From positions 134,788,001-134,852,000 of the forward strand of contig NC_042999.1 of NCBI RefSeq assembly GCF_006345805.1: 64,000 nucleotides of DNA. The letters are read 5' to 3'. The DNA is from Octopus sinensis. Its lineage: Eukaryota. Both the position numbers and the translations under genes were made by a program. Under the pieces are notes generated by a model. It worked only from the letters and a program-made list of their open reading frames with translations. It made no database searches and was not told the origin of the DNA. Shown piece by piece: positions 39,419-52,706 of this stretch; the stretch's first letter is position 1, and the number at the start of each line of letters is the position of its first letter.

Positions 39419-42400
39419 AAATTTAGTCTTTATATTATAAAAAACAGCAAAATTTATTTGTGAAATACAGTTGCTTTGAATTTGCACTAAAAAGACGTTT
39501 ATGTTTGTGGTGGTGAGTGCGGGTTAGGGGCGCTAGGAATTTTGTCCAGGTTCCAAGGAAGCGGCAGTCCGAAAAAGTTTGGAAACCACTTATGTAATCG
39601 ACTAACCACCTCACCCGAACTTGCTGGTCTCGTACTAAAATTTGAAACCATTTTTAAAGGCGTGTGACCAAGTGATTAAGATACTACGCTCATGATCACA
39701 AGATCATGGTTTCCATTCTTGGGGCCTGGACGATGCGTTGTGTTCTTGAGATGAAAAACATCTAAGATGTTCTGCTGCCACTTTGACATCTGACACGTGA
39801 CACACCGTACACCTGTACAAGTAACGACGATTTGAGAACAAATGTGAGCTAATGCGCAGTACATGCAATTAATTAATATAAACAAACCAGCTAACCCGGT
39901 TGTTTAGTAAAATCTTGTGTAATCTCATTTGTCGTTTACGACAAGAGAGAAAGAGGGGGGACGAAAAAGAAAGAAAGCTCACCATCGCCACCAGTAGTAG
40001 TAGTAGTAGTAGTAGTAGTAGTCTGCATAATATGAGAAAGATTAGTTCCTATTGAATTCATTTTTCAAACTTTCATAAGTAATATTACGTATATTATGTT
40101 ACGTGAATAAATTTGAATAGAAAATTAACACGATTTTCAAATTTTTTCTCTGCAAAAAATAACAATTCCTGAATTGTATCTTGTATTTCAACAAATATCC
40201 AGCTGTTTTGAAAATGTCTGCCGTGTTTCTGGATTCCCTTTGTTAATTTTTACTACGTGAAAGGCGGCACCACGTGAATTTGGGGTTGACAAAATTTGTT
40301 TTTTCAAATTGTGTAGGGAATACGATCGCACGTGGTCATATTCTTAACGAATTATTATAAGCTATAAGTACAGTGCAGTACCAAAAGAACATAGGTGAAT
40401 TGACGACAAAGCCGTTCCACTATTTGAGAGAAGATAAGATTTTATTTACAATTGGTGTTAAGGTTAGAAGGTTGTGAGTGCTAGCAAGTGCGTGTGTGCG
40501 CGCGTGCATGCAACACGCATTTGTGTCTGTGTGTTCGTGTGTGTGACAGATACAATAAGGGTGAAAGCGTGTGACATAGTAGGTACAGAGCATAGAGTTA
40601 ATGATGGAAATTGATTTACTGTTCATGAGGTACACGAAGTGTAAGCGTTCAATATCAAGATGTTGTGTCTCGGAGCTGAGATTAGTTGAATCACTTGTTG
40701 TGCTTATCTTTCTCTTGATATAGATATTCTTCCAGATATATATACTGCAACTGTTTTTCCGTGGTGAGATTTTCACACTAACAGCATGAGTTGAATCTGT
40801 GAAGTTGGTGTGTACATGTCTGAAGTGGACGATGTTGATGGCGACTTGAAGTTAGTACAATGATGGTGATAAACAACAGGGATTACTTGGAAGAGTTACA
40901 TGACATAGGATTTGCTTCTCAAAGCAAGAAAAGTTTTAACATATCTCTACATTTCGAAAGTTGCAAAGATTTTTCTTTTGCTTGGGATAGAAAAAATGTA
41001 AGTAGCTCTGACCAATGAATGTCTTCCCCGTTGGCCTAAATAGAAACAACAAAACTATACGAGAGATATTCGAAACCGAGAACGAAGTAGGTCAAGCTGT
41101 AGTGGAACACACCTTCTCAGAAACTCATAACACAATACTTGAAATGGTGTGATACAGAGGTTGCAGTAAAGAATTTTGCTAACGACATTGTTACTTGGGT
41201 TGAGTAATTTTTGTGTTGCAATACACACAGCTGGTTAACGCTAACGTATCCAATTGTGGTTTGTACTGTTATAAAAATTTGAATGGTTTCATAAGAACAT
41301 AGACACTTCGAAGCAGTGCCTATTTCCATGTGTGTAGAAAGAAAGGCTATGGTAGAGAAGAAAACAGCAGCAAAGACTGTAGCACGAAATGTCACAGAAA
41401 CTGATATTCTCAAGTCTGCCAGTCGAAACTCCCGAAACGACAGAAGAGATCATTTTGCTCTCGGAGCCAAGAGCTGATGAACATGAAACAAACCAGGAAG
41501 CCCCCAAGGAATCTAAAATCAAGGAAGTTGAGGACCAAGAAACTGAAGATCCATACCTCATTGATCGCATGATGACTGAGATGAAATGGAGCCTGGGACA
41601 AGAATCAAGCAGTTGGAAGGATTAGAAAAAGACAACAAAGAAAGATAGAAGAAAAACGCTAACAGGTGCACACTTCCTTCCAGGACAGCATGAAATTCAT
41701 GGATCCTGTGAATATGTAACATAACGCTTAAATCAGAAGTAGTTAGTCTGAAGTGTAATAATTAAAATGTGAGCTTGAAGAGGAAACAGTGGCAGGTATT
41801 TTAAACGATATTGTGGTTTATCACAACATAATAGTTGCATTCTTACACGACATCGCATGCTTTTGTCCATTACAGAAAAGGCTCACGGGTACCTTCATGT
41901 TGCCCAATTCTCCAATATGTTTTAAAAAGAAACAGAATCACCAAGAATTTCAATGTTTATTTGTCAGTACGTTATAATAGCCAAAATGACTGCATGCTTC
42001 ATTTCCTCTCAATGTGCAATGACTAGTTGAAAAATAACTGTGTTGAAGTCATTGTTAATGGGTCAGGGATATAAACTTCCACGAGCATGTTTTGCTATTG
42101 TTGAACTGCATTGGACATAGGTGTTCTTTTTTCAATTCATCAATAAAACTTTGTTGGTGTGTCGAATGTCTGAGGTGAGTTTGAACGTACGATTTTATTA
42201 TCTAAGTGACGTGGTGGGTTATTTGAACAATACTGTAGCGCAAAGATAACTTTTCTTCTAATCATCTGTAAGTTTTCCAGTAAACATTCGTAGTTCAATA
42301 CTGTTTAATATATAATTGTTATAGATCTAACAAACATATTTAGAGGCCTATGTAGCGGGTGAGATTTTTACTCACTAGTATACAACTTAAGTCTTCATTT

Positions 42401-42599
42401 TACGTTGTTTTTGTCGAATGTGAATTAATTCATTCTGAGAGTTGAGTATGAGTTCATAGTTATACACTTGACTTCCTCGATGCCGAAGCACAATCACGGG
42501 TTCTTCTTTAAACGTTAAACTGAATATTATCAGAGGTATAAATTGTCAATTCGCAGGATTCGTGTTTTCTTATCAGTATTAATAATATAAAGGAAAGAT

Positions 42600-44420
42600 G
42601 ATTGCGTATCGTTCATCCCTCAAGCTACTACACCTTCCAAATTGCAGCTGATCCTTCTGGAGCCTTTTCAAAAGGATTTCCACCAACTCTGGAGAATTCA
42701 TTTATTTTCTGTTTCACAGCAGTAATGTATCCACCTAGCGAAAGCCTCTACATTGTCTGCCTGGTATGCAACCATATTTACTCTGCACCCCTCCATTCTT
42801 ATCTCCTTCCAACCCCTAACTGGTCCAGCAAATTCACGTGGTGCCGCCTTTCACGTGGTAAAAATTAACAAAGGGAATCCGGAAACACGACAGACTTTTT
42901 CAAAACAGCTGGATATTTGTTTAAATACAAGATACAATTCAGGAATTGTTATTTTTTGCAGAGAAAAAATTTGAAAATCGTGTTAATTTTCTATTCAAAT
43001 TTATTCACGTGACCTTCAGGTTTCCTTCCATTACCCTCAATGATTACAGTCCAGAGTTAGCCTCTGTACTCACCAAAACTCATCAATCTCATTCCTCTCT
43101 CTCTCTTTCTCTCTCCCCTTTCTCTCTCTATCCAAAAATATTGTCAAATCTTTGGAAACACGCATTAGTCTGTCCCTTTCTCAAGAAAGGCAACTTATCT
43201 GATCTTGTCAACTATCGCCTTATCGCACTCACTGTCAATGTCTCCAATGGTAATGGAGACAGCATTAAAACGACGTCTTTCCGCGCTTTGAATTAGTCTG
43301 TCTCCTCAGTGACCATCAGTACGACTTTCGTTAAGTCAGATCTACTAGCCTACTAGTGACCCACAACTTTCCATCACTCATCTGATGTCTCTTGGCTCGA
43401 GAGAATTTCATGAGAGTAATATCGTTGCTACCGACATCAGTTTTCAGTTTGTCTAGTATGCATATCTCCAAGCAAAACTGTCTGTCTTTGTCCTTCATTC
43501 GTCACTCATCCTTTGGATCGGTAGATTTCTATCAGCTCGCATTATTGCCGTGTGTATTGATGAAGCATTTTTTGTCCCTTGTTCTTTTAACTCCGGTTTT
43601 GTCACCCACTTTATTGCTTCTATCCATCAATGACTTACTTGCCACCTACTTGCCACCATATCCAACAACATCCGCGCTTACGTAGATTATACTACTCTTT
43701 ATTTCTGCCAAGCATTCACTAGATACCAAACCCTCAGAGACTCCACGAATAAGCGACCTCAAAAGCATCCTCCAATGGAGATATGCCAATCTTGTCGCTT
43801 TCAGCATCAAACAAGCAAAAACGCTGAAAAAAATAATCGTGCTCACCCTATTTAATTGTAAGCTGCACTCAGAACCCGCAAACTCGCGCCAAATGTTGGG
43901 TCTCGCTCTCACAGAAGATCCCTTCTGGTGAAAGAACATTCATAACGCACCAAGGACCGCATCCCAAATAAATGACTCTGCTCTTCAACTTCAGAAGATA
44001 CTTCAGCTCCCAGCAAATATTGATGTCCTACAAAACTCATGTTAGGCCTTTAATGGAGTACTACCCATACATCTGAGGAAGGGCCACCCAACTGAATAGT
44101 ATGAAGTCACAAACAGACTGCAGCCAATGGCTCACTGTCCCTTCTCTTTACCTTTTCTACCGAAACTATAACCGCCTGTGCTCCGCGGAGCTGGCTGGTT
44201 GGCTAGTTAACTGGCTAGACTTATATCACCTCTACTCAGGCATTGCCGTCTCACTCGTCCCTTTTTCCACCAGGTCCCTCACTAATCACTATCTCCAGTC
44301 CTCCCTTCTGGATTTTCCTCCCTTCTGGATTTTCCTCCCTTCTCATATTTTTGCTGCAGGTTTTGGCTTAGAGCGGTTCAAGGCATTAATCACCGGTCTA
44401 CCAATTTTTGTAAACCCAGA
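42600..44420 (+). mobile_element. Old degenerate LINE (Jockey/CR1/L2 group) relic
   Basis: WKHALVCPFLKKGNLSDLVNYRLIAL and other scattered RT-like motifs, heavily disrupted. Confidence 0.55.
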
Positions 44421-45576
44421 AGGTGTGGGGGAACAGCATCTTTTTTGGAACAATTTCTTTAATTGTATAACAATGGTAAAGGCAGTGTGAAAATAAGAAT
44501 CTTTTCAAATTTAGGCACCAATTTTGAACGAAATAGTTACTTGGTTGTATTGACCACAGTATTACATTGCTATCTAACTTTATTCACACTAGAAGGAAAT
44601 ATGAGTTGAACTCGGCAAGATACGAACTAGAAACTAATGCTTTAACAGCACAGACCATCTGTCTACTGTAATTACACGCACACACATATCTAATAACAGT
44701 TTGATTCAGTGCCATATGACTTAAAGTTCGTAAGCGCCTGAGACATAGATTTTTTTACATTATATCTCTTTGTTTATTCCTCTTGAATTAATTTTCGAAA
44801 ATTCTTTTCTGTGATTGTTATTATCACTTGACAGAACACGTGCTGCATTTACACATGTGCATATGTTGTCGATCACGGAAGTTTCACCTTGTTATATAAT
44901 GTGCGTTGTAACATATCTTTTGTGAAATACTGTACAATAAGTAAAATTCATGTCGATTTGTATAACTTGTTAGTTAACAAAAAACACATTATTTCGGAGT
45001 TTTCTGAGGAAAACATTAATATTCAAAATGAACTTATTTTATGTATAACATTGGATACAAAGCTTGAATTTTGAGCTCAGAACTCTATTCTAATAGTATT
45101 TTGAGTTTAACTTTTACTTTAGCAAAACACTCATCTGACTGAAGTAAAAAAAACAACAAAAAAAACATCGTCTTTTAATACTTTCAATTTGTGTCTCCCT
45201 TCAATGACCACCAGTATGATTTTCATAAAGCCAAATCTATTGGTGATCTACTCTCCTGTATTATTAACATGTGGGTACATGCTCGAAGGAATTTAGTGAA
45301 AGCGATGTTATTGTTCTTGATATCAGTTTTTCTAATGTATGTATCTAGTGAGCGAACTTCTAATCGAAATGTCCATCTCTGGGTTCAACTGGTTGGTCAT
45401 ATCTTAGATCAGTAGATTTCGATTAGGTAGTCCCATTGCTCTTACTCCGATTTTGTCGAACACACTTTCAAAAATAACTGTTTGCTGTTTACAACATAAC
45501 ATTCAGTATGTATGCAAATCCCACCATACGCATCCACACACATCATGCAGAAATGAAGTGGCATGTATATGAATAT

Positions 45577-45632
<56 letters not shown>

Positions 45633-46298
45633 GTATGTATTATGTATGCATGTATGTATGTATAAGCGAATAAATGATAAAAAATACAGGAAGAACCAAC
45701 AAGACTCAATTAAACGTACATTGTGAATATATTAGATTTAAAGTTTTAGATGAAAAATAGGAGTAGAAACGATGTTTCGAGCATGGCTCATCGTCGGATA
45801 AAGGGAGAATTCTAGAGAGGAGGGAAAACCTTTTTCCACCAGGTCCCTCACTAATCACTATCTCCCGTCTCCCCTTCTGGATTTTCCTCCCTTCTCATAT
45901 TTTTGCTGCAGGTTTTGGCTTAGAGCGGTTCAAGGCATTAATCACCGGTCTACCAATTTTTGTAAACCCAGAAGGTGTGGGGGAACAGCATCTTTTTTGG
46001 AACAATTTCTTTAATTGTATAACAATGGTAAAGGCAGTGTGAAAATAAGAATCTTTTCAAATTTAGGCACCAATTTTGAACGAAGTAGTTACTTGGTTGT
46101 ATTGACCACAGTATTACATTGCTATCTAACTTTATTCACACTAGAAGGAAATAGGAGTTGAACTCGGCAAGATACGAACTAGAAACTAATGCTTTAACAG
46201 CACAGACCATCTGTCTACTGTAATTACACGCACACACATATCTAATAACAGTTTGATTCAGTGCCATATGACTTAAAGTTCGTAAGCGCCTGAGACAT
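44290..46298 (+). repeat. Direct duplication: ~44290-44745 repeated at ~45833-46298
   Basis: Both copies run from ttttccaccaggtccctcac to gtaagcgcctgagacat. Confidence 0.88.
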
Positions 46299-46543
46299 GT
46301 CCATCTCATCAGATAATATTCTTCTAATATCTTCTTCGATGGACTTGTTCTACGCGCCCACGAAGTATTTAAGCCATATGGAACTGAGTTAAAATTGTCT
46401 GATTCTTCAAAGACGCATCAAAATTAGTTTGTTGAAACAGGATTTCACATCAAGCGTCTTGCAAACCTAAAACAAGAATGAAATTATATAACTTCTACCC
46501 AGTGTGCTGACTGTTACTTTCTTTCGTTTGTCTTCTCATTCAT

Positions 46544-46592
<49 letters not shown>

Positions 46593-46594
46593 AT

Positions 46595-46647
<53 letters not shown>

Positions 46648-46729
46648 TATACGTGTATATATATATATATATATATAAGAAAGTTGGTTTTGAAAAGCTA
46701 AACGCGAAACCGGTCTTTCTTCTAAACTA

Positions 46730-49467
46730 TGATTGATTGATTGATTGATTCTAGTTTCAGCTTATGAGCTGTGGCCATGCTGGGGCACCGCCATTTGGTG
46801 TTGCTACTTCGTTTCACTTCATGAAGGCTTTCTAGCAACTGCTATTTGGTGCATGAGAGAGTTCGATGCAGCTGCCCTCATCTGCCCCTCCTGCCGTGAA
46901 GTTGGTTCATCTGGGACACCTGACAGGAAGAGATCCAGCTTCATTTTAAAGACCTCTGTATCCACCCCATGCAGGTCTCTCAGGTTCTTCGGGAGGATAT
47001 TGAAGAGCTGTGGGCCTCGGAAGCCCAGGCTATCACAGAATCTTGTCCTACATCTTGATGGCAAGTTTGGAGTCCAAGGCACCACGCAGTGGCGCCCAGT
47101 TCTGGCATTTGCGTAACTCTCGATGCCAAAGTTCAGGACACTTCCCTCTAGGATCTTCCAGATGTATATTATGGCATATCTTTCCCGCCTACGCTCCAGG
47201 GAATATAATTTTAATCTCTTGAGTCTTTCCCAGTAGCTTACATTCTGCATAGAGGCTATCTTCTTCGTGTAGCTACGTTGGATCGCCTCGAGCTCTGTGA
47301 TCAACTTGACACTGGATGGTGACCATAACTGAGAGCAGTAGTCAAAGTGGCTTAGGACAAGTGTCCTCCAGAGGACCATCATGGTTTCTTGTTCTCTTGT
47401 TCTAAAGGTTCTGAGGATCCATCCGGCCAGTCGTCTACATTTCATTGCCAATTTAGCAACATGTACACGAAAGGTTGCGTCATCACTCATGTAAATACCT
47501 AGGTCACGCACTGATTGTGCCTCTGGGATTGCTATTCCTCCGGGTCCAGTGTATTCATTGGGTATTGCATTTAGTTTTGCATGCTAATAGTATAGAGCTT
47601 GAAACTTTTCAGCATTAAACTGCATGCTATTCTTTTCGGCCCACTTGTATATTTTGTCTAGCTCACATTGCAGGTGTTTAGTGTCCTCAGGGTTCTGTAT
47701 TGCCTGTGAAACTTTTGTATCATCTGCATAACTTGTGATCGTGGCTCTCTGCGTGGCTGAGGGCATGTCTGAGAGGGCCATTATGAACAGTAGTGGTCCC
47801 AGAAAGTGCCCTGCGGAACACCGCTCACTATTTGCGTGTTAATGGAAGTGGCCCCATTGGCCACTACCACCTGACTTCTATCTTTCAGAAAGTCATGAAG
47901 CCATTCTCCCAGTTTTCCAACTATGTTGAGATCACGCAGTTTGTGACATATCATTCCATGATCGACTTTATCAAAGGCCTTTGCAAAGTCGAGATATATC
48001 ACTTCCACATTTGAGTGGTTGAGCAGCCGTTTCAGCACCCAGTCATAGTGTTGTAGGAGCTGAGTTAAACAGCTTCTCCCTGGTCGGAAACCATGTTGGG
48101 TGTCGGGCAGCAAGTCATTTTCTTCAAGGAAGGTGATCAGCTTCCTTCTGACTATTCGTTCCATGACCTTGCTGATGTGTGAGGTCAGAGAGATAGGTCT
48201 ATAGTTCTTGGCTTCCGCTCTGCTACCTCCTTTATGAATGGGGCATATTTTACCTTCCTTCAGTTTTCTTGGAAGTTTGCCAGCCGCAAGGAAGCTCTGA
48301 AAGAGGAACTGCAGTGGTCTTGCTAGGACTCTCTTACATGCTTTTAGGAGGATTGCCGGGAATCCATCGGGGCCAGTAGCTGAGTCTGTTTTCATTTCAT
48401 CTATAGCCTTGATTACATCGTCTTCCTTTATATCGATGTAATCTATCGTCGCCGCCTCTGATTTTATATCTGCAGTGGTAAAGAAGTCAGTTGGATTGGT
48501 GATTTGGAGATGCCCAAGGGGTGGAGTGAAAACACTCTTGAATTGCTCATTCAGTATTTCACTTACCCTCATTGGTTTTCCTGTAAGTGTGCCATCCTTT
48601 TCGTAGCTGTTTCTTTGGCATACCTGTAGAAAGCTCTGGGGTTAGATTTTATGTTGTCTATAGCCCAGGCTTCTTTGTCTGCTCTTTCCTTTTCATGGGA
48701 GAGTTGCAGACATTTTTCGATTTCCAACAGTTTTATTTTTAGGCGGGACTTTTCACTGCTTTCAATCTGTTTGTTTAGGCGATTTGAAAATTTTGTACGC
48801 CGTCTCATTAGAATTTTCCTCTCTCTGGGATTTTGTTCTTGTGTACAGTGGCCTTTCTCTCTGGGACACATTTGTAGCATATGGCTTGCATTACAGACAT
48901 GAATTGTTGAAGTTTCACGTCGATGTCTGGCGACGAGAGACATTTAGGCCAGTTTTGTTTGAGGATCTCTTTCTCAATTTGTTTCCAGTTTGCCTTATGG
49001 TAGGTCAAGCTGGAAGATTCTGGGGGTTTCTTGTAGGCTGCATGTCCGTGCTCTCTTTTGGCCCGTACATGGTCAGCTCTATCATGTTGTGATCCGAGAG
49101 TAGTGTCGGTGTCACTTTCACATTATGGATGAGATCCATGTCCATTTGTGAAGCAGAGATCCAGTGTGTTACCTGCCCTGGTTGGTTGGAGTATTACCTG
49201 CTCCATGTACAGGGTGTTGATGAGGTTCAGGAGGGACCTCGCCTGTCCTCGTTCACATCTTGTCATTCCTGGGAGAGAAAGGCCCTCGGGCCATCTGACA
49301 TTTGGCAGATGAAGTCTTCCATAAGAAGTACACTTATGTGTTGTTCTAATGTGGTTAGAACTTCTATTTTTATAAGGCAGTCTTCAAACTTGCCCACATG
49401 GCTTGGGGCATCTGGAGGACACACAACTGGAGCGATATGTAGCACACACAACTACATCAAGTTGCCT
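46730..49467 (-). mobile_element. CR1-like LINE family A, copy 3 (5'-truncated within APE)
   Basis: ORFs 47781-48572 and 46819-47511 match copy 1; (GATT)n tail at ~46730-46750; ~30-bp internal deletion near 48600. Confidence 0.93.
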
Positions 49468-49469
49468 AG

Positions 49470-49717
49470 CCCTTTTTTTTTAAAGCCTAGCCAGGCTCAT
49501 GGGCCCGGTTTCCTGGTTTCTATGGCGTATGTGTTCCCCAGCTGAATGGGACGCCAGTCCATCGCAGCGTTACTCGTTTTTGCCAGCTGAGTGGACAGGA
49601 GCAACGTGAAATGAAGTGTTTTGCTCAAGAACACTACGCGCCGCCCAGTCTAGGAATCGAAACCACAATCTTTCGATCACGATGCTGACACCCTAACCAC
49701 TAAGCCACGCGCCTCCA
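49470..49717 (-). mobile_element. tRNA-derived SINE with a V-domain-like core
   Basis: Minus strand: tggcttagtggttaggg A box, ggtttcgattcc B box, gttcttgagcaaaacac, gatggactggcgtcccattcag, poly-A tail. Confidence 0.7.
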
Positions 49718-49842
49718 TGTCATTGTAAGGAAAAAAATTGTTAATATTCTTCAGACATATTGACGCAAATATATATATTTTTTAACCTTTAAGCCTGCTG
49801 TAGTTTTTTCACTTTTTACTATTTTATATATATATATATATA

Positions 49843-51088
49843 TATTTCAACAATTGAGGGTAAAATTAATTAATTATTAATCAATTTCACCAAGTATTCA
49901 GTATGCAAAGGGACCATTTAAGGCGAATTCAAATTATTACATTATATAAAAGGGCTTAGTAAAATAAATTACTTTGCCGCATACTGAACTCATTAGAAAT
50001 AGTAGCTAAAAAAACTTTTTTAAAACTATTTCTAATACTTAAAGAAAACCTCTCTCATATAGTGTTTGCTCAATTCAACTCACGAAAGTATGGGGGTAAG
50101 ACATAAAAAATCAAATGCAAAGGTTATTTGAGAACGTACGTTTCAAGATTAGTCAACTCGACATTTCTATCATCAGCTCAGAACTCCTTGGTTTGGATTT
50201 GAAAACACTGAAAGTGGGAGCATACCCTTTCGGCTTCTTATCGCTTCTGAAGATCTGCTCGAACTAACAGTGCCAGCAAACTCAAATATGCAAGCGAAGA
50301 ATTCAAGCGAAGATCTTCAGAAGCGATAGAAGCCGAAAGGGTATGCTCCCACTTTCAGTGTTTTCAAATCCAAACCAAGGAGTTCTGAGCTGATGAAGAA
50401 ATGTCGAGTTGACTAATCTTGAAACGTACGTTCTCAAATAACCTTTGCATTTGATTTTTTAATGTATTTACCCCCATACTTTCGTGAGTTGAATTGAGCA
50501 AACACTATATGAGAGAGGTTTTCTTTAAGTATTAGAAATAGTTTTAAAAAAGTTTTTTTTCTACTATTTCTAATGAGTTCAGTATGCGGCAAAGTAATTT
50601 ATTTTACTAAGCCCTTTTATATAATGTAATAATTTGAATTCGCCTTAAATGGTCCCTTTGCATACTGAATACTTGGTGAAATTGATTAATAATTAATTAA
50701 TTTTACCCTCAATTGTTGAAATTATAATTCATCTCTCTCTATTTAATGCCTCGGATTTTACCGAAAAAAAAGCATAGTGTTTACTGATTTTAACCCACGC
50801 TGGTGGAAAGGAGAGAGCAGAAATTCTTCGCTTGCATATTTGAGTTTGCTGGCACTGTTAGTTTCGAGCAGATCTTCAGAAGCGATAAGAAGCCGAAAGG
50901 GTATGCTCCCACTTTCAGTGTTTTCAAATCCAAACCAAGGAGTTCTGAGCTGATGATAGAAATGTCGAGTTGACTAATCTTGAAACGTACGTTCTCAAAT
51001 AACCTTTGCATTGATTTTTTAATGTCTTTACCCCCCCTACTTTCGTGAGTTGAATTGAGCAAACACTATATGAGAGAGGTTTTCTTTA
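49843..51088. repeat. Fold-back palindrome (49843-50312 / 50316-50722) plus a third inverted copy (50821-51088)
   Basis: Direct comparison; the apex has the duplicated microhomology aagcgaaga. Confidence 0.88.
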
Positions 51089-51094
51089 TATATA

Positions 51095-51132
<38 letters not shown>

Positions 51133-51596
51133 GTTACTTGTTTCAGTCTTTTGACTGCGGCCATACTTATAACAGAACCAATTTTACATAATCAATTGGT
51201 TACACAATACTTTTGTGGAGCATAAATTTATTATTCCTTAACAAAAATATTATTGACAGTGACTTCGAAATTCGGTCATCGTCGAAGATGGCTTAGCTGC
51301 CCGAAACTTCGAAGACTCTACCAATAATATTTTTGTTTAAGAATAATAAATGTATATATATTATATACATATACAGTCTCCGGACTACCTCCTCCTTTCT
51401 CTTTTCCTCCTCTCTAGAATTCTCCCTTTATATCCGACGATGAGCCATGCTCGAACATCGTTTCTACTCCTATTTTTCACCTAAACTTTAAATCTAATAT
51501 ATTCACAATGTACGTTTAATTGAGTCTTGTTGTTCTTCCTGTATTTTTTATCATTTATTCGCCTATACATACATACATGCATACATACATACATAC

Positions 51597-51665
<69 letters not shown>

Positions 51666-52624
51666 ATATTCACATACATGCCACTTCATTTCTGCATGAT
51701 GTGTGTGGATTTGCATACATACTGAATGTTATGTTGTAAACAGCAAACATTATTTTTGAAAGTGTGTTCGACAAAATCGGAGTAAGAGCAATGGGACTAC
51801 CTAATCGAAATCTACTGATCTAAGATATGACCAACCAGTTGAACCGAGATGGACATTTCGATTAGAAGTTCGCTCACTAGACACATACATTAGAAAAACT
51901 GATATCAAGAACAATAACATCGCTTTCACTAAATTCCTTCGAGCATGCACCCACATGTTAATAATACAGGAGAGTAGATCACCAATAGATTTGGCTTTAT
52001 GAAAATCATACTGGTGGTCATTGAAGGGAGACACAATTGAAAGTATTAAAAGACGATTTTTTTTTTTGTTGTTTTTTTTACTTCAGTCAGATGAGTGTTT
52101 TGCTAAAGTAAAAGTTAAACTCAAAATACTATTAGAATAGAGTTCTGAGCTCAAAATTCAAGCTTTGTATCCAATGTTATACATAAAATAAGTTCATTTT
52201 GAATATTAATGTTTTCCTCAGAAAACCCCGAAATAATGTGTTTTTTGTTAACTAACAAGTTATGCAAGTCGACATGAATTTTACTTATTGTACAGTATTT
52301 CACAAAAGATATGTTACAACGCACATTATATAACAAGGTGAAACTTCCGTGATCGACAACATATGCACATGTGTAAATGCAGCACGTGTTCTGTCAAGTG
52401 ATAATAACAATCACAGAAAAGAATTTTCGAAAATTAATTCAAGAGGAATAAACAAAGAGATATAATGTAAAAAAAATCGTAGGATTGGCCGCCTGGGTGG
52501 AGAAAAAACAGAAAATGTATATAATTAGACAGTTGCCTATAATTAGATACTGCATATAACAATAGTTGTTGAATAAATTAAATCGATGTGCAATATATTC
52601 CCACCTTACGTTTCAAAAAATTTC

Positions 52625-52706
52625 TATATATACTGAGCTAACTCGATCACATACCACTCTCAGGTTAACTTATCCTGGAAGCACACAGAAACAAGTGAAG
52701 GTAAGT
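52625..52706 (+). promoter_or_regulatory. Candidate TATA box and non-coding first exon of the tyrosinase gene
   Basis: TATATATA at 52625-52632 and a consensus donor gaag|GTAAGT at 52700/52701. The acceptor immediately before the ATG (54641-2) implies an upstream UTR exon. Confidence 0.4.

Larger units (their letters stand above)
37130..39591 (+). mobile_element. Degenerate hAT (Buster/Charlie-type) transposon interrupted by RTE and SINE insertions
   Basis: DGTPSTV..HRGF, HSIIH.QNLVA, VITAVNKIK, HIEIRWLSKG, FPISYFVER, KQRNRLKI. 3' TIR-like AAAAAGTTTGGAAACCACT at 39572-39590. Confidence 0.7.
44746..52478. repeat. Second inverted duplication: ~44746-45828 versus ~51400-52478
   Basis: The mirrored ORF pairs 44889/52151 and 45191/51801 confirm it; the arms differ by SNPs and short indels. 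Confidence 0.9.

Noticed and set aside
41100-41640. Acidic 78-aa ORF and surrounding ORF-like sequence
   Set aside because: No domain motif, interrupted by stops, and no supportable exon structure.
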